A stretch of 64,000 nucleotides of DNA from the IMG/VR virus record IMGVR_UViG_3300036845_000456, positions 1 through 64,000 of that record. The stretch is one strand, 5' to 3'. Made by a program: the position numbers and the translations under genes. Below, one piece after another: positions 19,128-27,165 of the stretch. The notes beneath the pieces were generated by a model. It did not search any database and was not told the origin of the DNA. It saw nothing but the letters and a program-made list of their open reading frames with translations. Numbering within the stretch: position 1 is the first letter of the stretch; each line of letters starts with the position of its first letter. Source of the stretch: a virus.

Positions 19128-19505
19128 ATGACTGTCAGTTATGCCGCATCGTTGAGATCAGCGCGGATGCAAGCTGTCATCGCTGCGATCGATGCCAATG
19201 GTGCGGCCAGCTTGGAAATCGGCAGCAGCGGGATGGCAACGCTGTTGGTGACAATCGCCTTGCCGGCGCCGCCGTCGTTCACCGAAGCGAACGGCATCAT
19301 CACCATGGCCGGCGTGCCGCTGACCGGCGTGGCGGCGGCGATGGGCCACGCGCTCAGCGCGCAAATCAAAGACGGCGCCGGCAATGTCGTCGTGTCGGGA
19401 CTTATCGTCGGCGAATTCAGTGGCGACGTCATTCTCAGCGACGCGGATATCGTGCAGGGCGAGACCGTCACAATATCGAGCGCGATGATCACACACTCAC
19501 CATGA
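19128..19505 (+). CDS. Hypothetical structural protein
   Basis: Beta-rich ORF in the virion operon. Confidence 0.55.
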   Translation: MTVSYAASLRSARMQAVIAAIDANGAASLEIGSSGMATLLVTIALPAPPSFTEANGIITMAGVPLTGVAAAMGHALSAQIKDGAGNVVVSGLIVGEFSGDVILSDADIVQGETVTISSAMITHSP

Positions 19506-20374
19506 GTATCGATTGCAGAATCAGAGCCGCCGAAGCGCCCGACACTTGCGCGGTAACGATCCTGCCCGGCGCGGTCGGCAGGATCGAAGCCAGCGAGGCG
19601 CCCGATATTTGCAACATCGCGGGCGAAGCCGGTGTCGTCGGTCTGTTGCCGCAGAGCGACGCCTACAACATCTGGCAGGCGTTCTTTGATCGCGTGTCGG
19701 TCGATAGTTTCTTTTCCGGTTACACCATCCGCCCGACCGTCATGTTGCCGGTGCAGGCGAACTTGCTTCCGTACCTTGGCATTTACATGGGTGACGAGGA
19801 TATGCGCCCCGATGGCGATGCCAATGCGGGCATGATCCGCTTCAACCATTCCGGCAAGATCGGCTTCTCGATCATCATCGCCAACAACAATCGCAAGCAA
19901 CTATTACAGCAAGTCGATGCCGCGTTCTGGCGCATCATGGGGCTGCTGTGGACCGATCAGGACTTGATGAACGTTCTGGTCAACAGCAATCCCGAAGGCG
20001 TCGGCATCGAAAGCATCCCGCGCGGGCAACGCAAATTCGTGTGGGGCTCGACCGGCGCCAACAACGAAACACCCTTCTGCGAGTGCCGCTACGACGTCAC
20101 CGCGTTCTGGCGCTCGGAATGGTGGCCGCCGATCACCGACACGCTGGACGAGATCAACATCAAGACCGGCGTGAAGATCGGCGAGACGCCGGCACAGATG
20201 GCACAGCGTCATCAAGTTGAAGTCGATATCGTTCTGCAAAGCGACGGCACAACGAAAGGATCAGGCAATGGTCAACGTCAGGTTTCAAGCCCATACTCAA
20301 CAAAGACGCCCGCGAGTCCCTATCGGCCGGACGCGTTACCAAAAGCCCGGCATCCGCGTCGAGCCCCGCGATAG
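19502..20374 (+). CDS. Putative tail terminator/completion protein
   Basis: Position upstream of the sheath; ATGA coupling. Confidence 0.5.
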   Translation: MSIDCRIRAAEAPDTCAVTILPGAVGRIEASEAPDICNIAGEAGVVGLLPQSDAYNIWQAFFDRVSVDSFFSGYTIRPTVMLPVQANLLPYLGIYMGDEDMRPDGDANAGMIRFNHSGKIGFSIIIANNNRKQLLQQVDAAFWRIMGLLWTDQDLMNVLVNSNPEGVGIESIPRGQRKFVWGSTGANNETPFCECRYDVTAFWRSEWWPPITDTLDEINIKTGVKIGETPAQMAQRHQVEVDIVLQSDGTTKGSGNGQRQVSSPYSTKTPASPYRPDALPKARHPRRAPR

Positions 20375-20648
20375 CGACATGCGCCGCTTGTTGATGCATC
20401 CACAAGCCGGCAAGTTCCGCTCGCAAGGCTCGATCGAATGGCCCGACGATCAGTACACGCGCCGCCGCTTGGCCGATGGCTCGATCAAGCTCGCGCAGCC
20501 GCCGCAGCCGGCGCCAGCCGCAGAGCCGGCCGCACCAGCCGCAGAACCGGAGAAGCCAGCGCCGCCGCAACGGGCGCAGCCGCAGCAGTATAGAGCGCGT
20601 GAAACGCCAAAGCGCGAGACAAAGCCCGATCAAGAAACAAACGAATAG
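20268..20648 (+). CDS. Small pre-sheath protein (DUF2635/Mu gp38-like)
   Basis: RBS gaaagga; HP...EWPDDQYTRRRLADGSI motif; sits immediately before the sheath gene. Confidence 0.6.
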   Translation: MVNVRFQAHTQQRRPRVPIGRTRYQKPGIRVEPRDSDMRRLLMHPQAGKFRSQGSIEWPDDQYTRRRLADGSIKLAQPPQPAPAAEPAAPAAEPEKPAPPQRAQPQQYRARETPKRETKPDQETNE

Positions 20649-20802
20649 CGTCTTCCGCCCCCAAGCCCCCCAACGAAGACGCTAAGCCGGTGTGGATACT
20701 CCCGTGTTCACACCGGCACTGATCTAACAAAACTAACAAACCAAACAAACCCGCCTGATCGCTCGGTGCGGAGCGTGATCGCTCGATGCATGGAGAACCC
20801 CA

Positions 20803-22677
20803 ATGCCGATCAGTTTCGCCCAAATCCCGCAAAATCTGAAAGTCCCACTTTACTGGGTGGAGGTGGACCCCTCCATGGCTGGTCTGCCGTCGATCAACCT
20901 GCGTGCGTTGATTGTTGGTACGGCGACCGGCGGCACGGCTGAGATGAACATCACGATTCCGATCGGGTCGCAGGCGATGTCGTCGCAGTTCTTTGGCGCC
21001 GGGTCGGAGATCGACCGGATGTTCAAAGCGTACTACGCGAATAATTTCGCAAACGAGGTTTGGGGATTGCCTGTTCCGGCATCAGTCAACTCGGAAAAAG
21101 CCACAGGTGAAATCAAGATCACGTCGCCCTGTACGGCGGCGGGCACGATCGCACTCTACATCAGCGGCGAGCATGTGCCGACCAACATTGCCACCACCGA
21201 CACCACGGACGACATCGCCAATGCGATTGTTGATTCGATCAACAATTGGTTTGGGATCGGGACGATTGGCAATGCGACGTCGTTGCCGGTGACGGCGACG
21301 ATGACGCCAGCGGTGGCGAGCGCGTCGCAGGCCATCAACGCGGCGACGTGGAGCAACACGCCGACTGGGCAGGCGACCTACACCACTACGGCGCCGCACA
21401 ACTTCACGGTCGGCGAGCAGGTGCAAATCACCGGCATTACGCCAGCCTCCTACAATGGGACGTTCGTTGCCCAAACCGGCACGACCGGATCAACCATTGT
21501 CGTGCCGATGCTGAACAACCCGGGAACTTACGGCTCGGGTGGAAGTGCCGCCGGACCGCCGACGGCGCCGTCGCAAGTCAATCTGCTGTGCAACTGGGCG
21601 GGCATCAGCGGCAACGACATTCCGATGATGTTGAACTACTACGGCTCGCGCGGCGGCGACGTGACGCCGGTCGGGCTCGGCATCACGGTTGATCCGTTCC
21701 TGACGGGCGGCACCGGCACGCCGGACTTCACGACCGCGCTCAATTCGCTCGGGAATGAACCTTACGAATATGTTTGTATGCCTTACACGGACTCCGACAG
21801 TTTGTTTGTTTGGGAACAAGAATACGGGTTCTCAGACACGGGCCGTTGGGGTTGGGAGCGTCAACTATTTGGTCACATTTTCTCGGCGCGGCGTGGGGTC
21901 AGCACCGGCTCCGCCGACAACGGTTATCCCGATCTTGTGCTGTGGGGCGAGACAAACAATTCGGGCGTGGTGTCGGTGATGGCGTTCGAGAACGCCACGC
22001 AGTCGCCGATGTTCGAGGCTGCGGCGGCCTACACCGCCAAGGCGCAGCGGGCATTGGTCAATGATCCGGCGCGGCCGTTGCAGAGTCTGTCCCTCAATCA
22101 AATCAAGCTGGCGCCGATCCACCAGCGATTTGATTTCCCTGAACTGAATTCGCTCGCCAGCAATGGGCTCGCGATCCAGATGCCGGGCACCGACGGACAG
22201 CCGATGATCGCCCGCGAACAGACCACCTACCAGTGGAACCTGTACGGCGCCACCGACGACGCCTACGAGTTGGTCACGACGCTGGCGACCTTGGCCAAGC
22301 TGATGCGCAATCAGAAGGCCATGGTGACCAGTTCGTTCCCGCGCCACAAGCTTGCCAATGACGGCACCAAGTTTGGTCCAGGGCAAGCGATCGTTACGCC
22401 GGGAATCATCAAAGGCGCACTGGTCGCGCAATATCGCAATGATGAATTCAACGGCCTCGTGGAAAATGTGGAGCTATTCAAGCAGTTCCTGATGGTCGAG
22501 CGAGACAGCGTGGACCCCAACCGCGCTAATGTCTTGTATCCGCCTGACCTTATCAATCAGTTGCGTATCTTCGCAGTGCTGAATCAGTTCCGCTTGCAGT
22601 ACGGCCGTGGAGTTGATGAGGCAATCATCGGTCCGGCGCCGGGGCCGTTCCTGGCCTCGTCGCAGGCCAACGGCTAG
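20803..22677 (+). CDS. Contractile tail sheath protein (Mu gpL-like)
   Basis: ISFAQIPQNLKVPLYWVE start; DPARPLQSL; TPGIIKG; PPDLINQLRIFA end. Confidence 0.92.
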   Translation: MPISFAQIPQNLKVPLYWVEVDPSMAGLPSINLRALIVGTATGGTAEMNITIPIGSQAMSSQFFGAGSEIDRMFKAYYANNFANEVWGLPVPASVNSEKATGEIKITSPCTAAGTIALYISGEHVPTNIATTDTTDDIANAIVDSINNWFGIGTIGNATSLPVTATMTPAVASASQAINAATWSNTPTGQATYTTTAPHNFTVGEQVQITGITPASYNGTFVAQTGTTGSTIVVPMLNNPGTYGSGGSAAGPPTAPSQVNLLCNWAGISGNDIPMMLNYYGSRGGDVTPVGLGITVDPFLTGGTGTPDFTTALNSLGNEPYEYVCMPYTDSDSLFVWEQEYGFSDTGRWGWERQLFGHIFSARRGVSTGSADNGYPDLVLWGETNNSGVVSVMAFENATQSPMFEAAAAYTAKAQRALVNDPARPLQSLSLNQIKLAPIHQRFDFPELNSLASNGLAIQMPGTDGQPMIAREQTTYQWNLYGATDDAYELVTTLATLAKLMRNQKAMVTSSFPRHKLANDGTKFGPGQAIVTPGIIKGALVAQYRNDEFNGLVENVELFKQFLMVERDSVDPNRANVLYPPDLINQLRIFAVLNQFRLQYGRGVDEAIIGPAPGPFLASSQANG

Positions 22678-22769
22678 ACCAACAACAATCAAAAAACCAA
22701 ACAGTCAACCCAAGCTGACCAAGCTCGGTGCGGAGCGACGTCGCATAACCGCAGCGAGGATATAACCCC

Positions 22770-23135
22770 ATGGCACAGCGCTTTGCTGGAATCGCCTTCC
22801 TAAACGTGGACGGCGCGCAACTGGCTTTGCGTGGAAATTTCACTGTGTCGCCATCTCCGGTCGAGCGAACCATGATCGCCGGCCAGGATGGCGTTCACGG
22901 CTATCAGGAACTTCCACGCGTGCCCTACATCGAGGGCGACATCTCGACCGTTCCCGGCTTCTCGTTGGAAGGGTTGCTAACAGAAACTGACAGTACTGTT
23001 GTTGCTCAATTGGCAAACGGGATGCAGTACACACTTTCTGGAGCAACTTGCAAAGGCGGCTTCGAAGCCAACACCCGCGATGGTCAAGTGCGGGTTAGGT
23101 GGGAAGGACTGATCTGCGACGAGTTGCCGATCTAA
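22770..23135 (+). CDS. Tail tube protein (Mu gpM-like)
   Basis: AGIAFLNVDG, GQDGVHGYQE.PRVPYIEG, LANG motifs; follows the sheath. Confidence 0.88.
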   Translation: MAQRFAGIAFLNVDGAQLALRGNFTVSPSPVERTMIAGQDGVHGYQELPRVPYIEGDISTVPGFSLEGLLTETDSTVVAQLANGMQYTLSGATCKGGFEANTRDGQVRVRWEGLICDELPI

Positions 23136-23169
23136 CAAACAACTAATCCAAACAACAAGAAGGTGATGC

Positions 23170-23679
23170 ATGAACGAACACGTCGGTGCAATCAATCAGC
23201 TTACCGAGCAGCAGCGCCGTGCGGGCCAGCCGCGCGGGCGAGAGGGCTTTGTTCAAGGGCAGGTGCCAACCGCCGAGCCGACGCCGAAGACGATCGAGCC
23301 GCCCCGGCCACCGGCTCCGCATCCGGGGCCCGAGATCGAGGCGTCGCCAGCGGAGCTTGATGCGGCGGCGCCATCGACCGAAGAACTTTGGCCGATCGTG
23401 GTGAAGCTGTCGTTCAAGTCGATCCGCAACAACAAGGGCGAGACGGTCAACGAACTGTCGTTCCGCGAGCCCAAGGGCGGCGACATCAATCGCTATGGCA
23501 ATCCGGTGCGGATGAACAGCCAGGGCGATTGGGTGATCGAAGAACGCAAGATGCACTATGTCATGGCGGCACTCTCCGATATCCTGCCGCCGTTCCTCGA
23601 TCAGATGGACCCGCGCGACTGGAATTTCTGTGCCTATGAGTTGATGCGTTTTTTTCTTCCCAGTCGTCGGGTCTTGTAG
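23170..23679 (+). CDS. Tail assembly chaperone
   Basis: ELSFREPKGGDI...LDQMDPRDW...FF; lies between tube and tape measure. Confidence 0.8.
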   Translation: MNEHVGAINQLTEQQRRAGQPRGREGFVQGQVPTAEPTPKTIEPPRPPAPHPGPEIEASPAELDAAAPSTEELWPIVVKLSFKSIRNNKGETVNELSFREPKGGDINRYGNPVRMNSQGDWVIEERKMHYVMAALSDILPPFLDQMDPRDWNFCAYELMRFFLPSRRVL

Positions 23680-23840
23680 GCAACGAGGAAGACATCGTCC
23701 TCGATTGCTATCGGCTCGCCCACTACTATCACCAACCCCCCGACTTGTTTCTGGCCATGTCATTGGCCGACGTGCGTCTGCATTTGCGGCGCACATCGCA
23801 ACTCGCGCGCCTAATGCGACGGGACTCTGATGGCGACTGA
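23649..23840 (+). other. Predicted -1 programmed frameshift (T TTT TTT) and extended chaperone reading frame
   Basis: Seven-T run at 23649-23655; the -1 frame stays open to TGA at 23838-23840 (..DIVLDCYRLAHYYHQPPDLFLAMSLADVRLHL..). Confidence 0.75.
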
Positions 23841-26800
23841 GCAACAAGTTCTCACCCTCACCACGGAATTCAATGATCAGGCTTCGGCGGCCATCGCCGG
23901 GGTGCGGCAGGCTATTGACCAGTTGAGCGGGCCCGCTGTGCGCGAGGCGCAGCGGCGCGTGAATCAGGAGATGGGCGAATGGGAGAAGGCCGTTCGCAAT
24001 CTCGGCCGCGAGGCATTGGGGGTCGGGCGCGCGTTCGGTGATCTGGTCAAAGTCATCGGGCCGTTCCCGGTCGCGGCGGGGTTGGCTGGTTATGAGATCA
24101 CGCGGATCATTCGTTCGTCGGCGGAATGGTCGCGCGGTGTTGTTGAGATGAGCAACGCCGCCAAGATGGCGGGTCTGAGCTTCGGCGAATTCAAAGGCAT
24201 TTCTGAGCAGATGCAGCGCATGGGCCTGACGGCTCGGGAAGCTTCGGCTGGGATAGCCGGCTTCAATCGCGCCTATGCCGAAGTGCTGACGAGCGGCGGC
24301 AAGCGCGCCGAGATCATGAGCCTCGCGGGCATGGGCTATGCGCAGAACATGGCGCAAGTGTTGCTCAATCTGCGCGGTATTACGGACGAGACGGATCGGC
24401 TCAATGCGGTTCGGCAAGCTGGCGAGAATGTTTATCAGAATGCGGTGAATGACACGCACGACACGGTCATCGCCCGCTATCGCGAGCGGCAGTTCCTGGC
24501 AAAATTCAACGCCGAGTTTCTGATCAACATTCACCGCGATCTGAACAAGGAAGACGTCAAGCGCATGCAAGCGCGCGATGAGCTTAGCACGAAGGCGCGC
24601 GAGCTTAACGAGGCGATGACGGAGGAAGCGCAAACACGGGAAGAAATTAACGAAAAATGGAATGAATTTCTGGCTGGTCCAGAATTGAAGATGATCCAAT
24701 TGTTGATCGATATTGAAAAGAACATTCTGGCGCGGATGGAGCAAACGGCACCAGCATTTGGCGTCGGACCAGCAGCGCCAGCGCGGCCGGGTCAAACAAA
24801 CACGCCGGGTCCGAGCGAATGGTCATGGGGCTCAGCCTTCGGCATGGGCAAGCCTGCGTCGGCGCCATCGGCTGCGCCGCTTCCGCCGCCCCAAGGTCTT
24901 GCTGACCAGCTTGGACTTGGGACGCTCGGCGGCCCGGCGGCCGGGCCTGCGACCGGCGCGGCGAAGTTTTATGGATTCACTGATGCGGGAAACGGCGGCG
25001 GATCGATCGCCGACAACTGGCGCCAATCGGAGAACGTCGAGGACGATCGCAGCGGCCAGTTCGATCAGAACACCAACGAAGTTCGCCGGCTCAATGACAA
25101 CCTGCAACGGATTCTTACCCTGACCAAGCCCGGCGGCGGTCTGGCTGGGCAACTCGGCTTGGGTAACATCAGCAGCCTGGGTGGGGGCGGCGGCGGGGGT
25201 GGTGGTTATCGTGGCACTACGGGCACAACAGGCACGGATGGCACGAGTCCGACAACACCGCCCCCGCCTCCGGTAACCGGTCCGACAGGCACGCCGCTCG
25301 CGGCAGTGACGGGCGGCCAGCCGTTCGGCATCAACGTCAGCCCGGAACGGTTCAGCCAGATAACCGGCTTGCCGCCGAGCTTCATGAACGTCACGGCGGG
25401 GCAACGCGCCTACGCTCGCGGCATCAGCACGGGGATGGGGCCGGGCGGCGTAGGGGTTCGAGATGCTAAATTTGTAGGTGGGAAACCAGCGGCGGATTGG
25501 CCGACGACGGCGGCGCCCGGCAGCGGCGGCGGTTTTGGTGCGACCGGAACTGTAACGGGAACTGGTGCGAGTATCTCTGGGAGAACATCTATCGCTGAGC
25601 TTGAGAAAAATTCTCAGGCTCAAGCGGCGATTGCTAGGTTTGCCGCAGCGAATCCGAACGTCACGGATGCCAAGACTCAGCTTTACAGTCTAGTGGCAGG
25701 CGAAAGCGGCTTTGGCAGGGACATGAGTCCTGGCAGGAAGTACAGCGGCTACTTCCAAATGGGGCAGGAAGAAACTTTTGCCGCCACCGGCCAACGCATC
25801 TCCGGTGCACAATTGGCCGCTATGCCTTTTGACCAACAGCTAGATATCTATACCAAGTGGGTACATCACGCTTCCCCAAACGCAACCAACCTTGGTTTAT
25901 TTAACGCTGCCAGCAATCCGGCATTTCAGACCGCGTCAGATGACACCGTTGTCTATCATGCCGGTACTAGGGCGGCTCAGCAAAATGCAAAAACATGGGG
26001 TGCGAACAGTCCTGGTGGTCCAGGGGGCGACATTACTGTTGGTGGCATCAAAAAATACTATTCTCGCGGTGACACTGAAACAAATAGACAGATTGCAGCG
26101 GCAGGCACCCCGGCCGCGACTACCGCCGTAACATTCGCCGGCACGGGCGGCCCACAAGTTACTGAAACACTCCCGAGCGGCGCGCAAGTCATACGCGGCG
26201 CGGCGACTACGGCGGCGGTGACAGGCGTCAATCCGTTGTTAACAGGAATAAACCCGACCACTGGCGGTTCAATCGATAAAACGGTTCTGCAACAAGCCGC
26301 GCTAATAGCTGGATCAACCGGCAGCCATCAGGCAGTCTACAATTTCATCAAGAGCCAGGGCCTGACATATACCTCAGGTGAAAACTGCGCCGAGTTTGTC
26401 ACTGCGGTGCTGTCAAAGGGGGAGGGCCTCGCGCCCGGCCAGTTGCCGGCGGGCGTGAAGTCGGATTACCCGGCGGCTGCATCCTATACGCACTACGGCG
26501 ATGCGGTGGATGCGTTGCATGCTCAGCCCGGTGACGTCCTCGCTAGGCACGACGCGGGAGGCAGTCACGCGATGATCGTCGGGCCTGATGGCTACGACCC
26601 CAAGACCGGGACGCTGAATATCTTATCGGCCAACAACGATGCGAACCTTCATATTAAGGTCGGCCCAAATGGAAAGCTCCCGGGGTACTACGGCAACTTC
26701 CGCATCGGCCACCTGAACATTGGACCACCTAAGACTGCTACGACCGCGCAAGCTGCGGTTAGCTCGACCGGTCTTCCGACTGATCCCTTCGCGTGGCCTA

Positions 26801-27165
26801 GCGGTGCATCAGAAACTGCTGCTGATTCGATCAGGCGAATGAATGCGACTGCTTACGGGGGCGACAAGGGAATGACGCTCCCGAGCACAGATATCCTTCC
26901 CAAGAAGGATGACGTTCTGACGGGCAGTCGCTGGGATACCGGCGATGTCGAAGCCGATCGCGCGACTATTGATCAAACCGCGCAGGCTGCGCGGATCAAG
27001 CAACAAGCGCGCATTCATCTCAAGATCGCGCACAAGAACGCCCCGGCCGATGTGTCTGCCAAGGCTGACGGCGACGCCTTCAAGGGCCACACGATGGAGC
27101 GCACCAACGCGCCGCCGCCGGAAGCGCCGACCAAGTTTAAGGCCGGCGGGTTGGAGTTTGCCTGA
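23830..27165 (+). CDS. Tape-measure-like protein 1 with lysozyme-like and CHAP/NlpC-P60-like domains
   Basis: Helical N-terminus; AGESGF...GYFQM; NCAEFV...QPGDVL...SHAMIV. Confidence 0.75.
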   Translation: MATEQQVLTLTTEFNDQASAAIAGVRQAIDQLSGPAVREAQRRVNQEMGEWEKAVRNLGREALGVGRAFGDLVKVIGPFPVAAGLAGYEITRIIRSSAEWSRGVVEMSNAAKMAGLSFGEFKGISEQMQRMGLTAREASAGIAGFNRAYAEVLTSGGKRAEIMSLAGMGYAQNMAQVLLNLRGITDETDRLNAVRQAGENVYQNAVNDTHDTVIARYRERQFLAKFNAEFLINIHRDLNKEDVKRMQARDELSTKARELNEAMTEEAQTREEINEKWNEFLAGPELKMIQLLIDIEKNILARMEQTAPAFGVGPAAPARPGQTNTPGPSEWSWGSAFGMGKPASAPSAAPLPPPQGLADQLGLGTLGGPAAGPATGAAKFYGFTDAGNGGGSIADNWRQSENVEDDRSGQFDQNTNEVRRLNDNLQRILTLTKPGGGLAGQLGLGNISSLGGGGGGGGGYRGTTGTTGTDGTSPTTPPPPPVTGPTGTPLAAVTGGQPFGINVSPERFSQITGLPPSFMNVTAGQRAYARGISTGMGPGGVGVRDAKFVGGKPAADWPTTAAPGSGGGFGATGTVTGTGASISGRTSIAELEKNSQAQAAIARFAAANPNVTDAKTQLYSLVAGESGFGRDMSPGRKYSGYFQMGQEETFAATGQRISGAQLAAMPFDQQLDIYTKWVHHASPNATNLGLFNAASNPAFQTASDDTVVYHAGTRAAQQNAKTWGANSPGGPGGDITVGGIKKYYSRGDTETNRQIAAAGTPAATTAVTFAGTGGPQVTETLPSGAQVIRGAATTAAVTGVNPLLTGINPTTGGSIDKTVLQQAALIAGSTGSHQAVYNFIKSQGLTYTSGENCAEFVTAVLSKGEGLAPGQLPAGVKSDYPAAASYTHYGDAVDALHAQPGDVLARHDAGGSHAMIVGPDGYDPKTGTLNILSANNDANLHIKVGPNGKLPGYYGNFRIGHLNIGPPKTATTAQAAVSSTGLPTDPFAWPSGASETAADSIRRMNATAYGGDKGMTLPSTDILPKKDDVLTGSRWDTGDVEADRATIDQTAQAARIKQQARIHLKIAHKNAPADVSAKADGDAFKGHTMERTNAPPPEAPTKFKAGGLEFA

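Noticed and set aside
23143-24795. Long antisense ORFs (also 32719-34035, 31507-32478, 10316-11275, 50269-51459)
   Set aside because: Shadow frames of well-supported genes in GC-rich DNA; no recognisable motifs.
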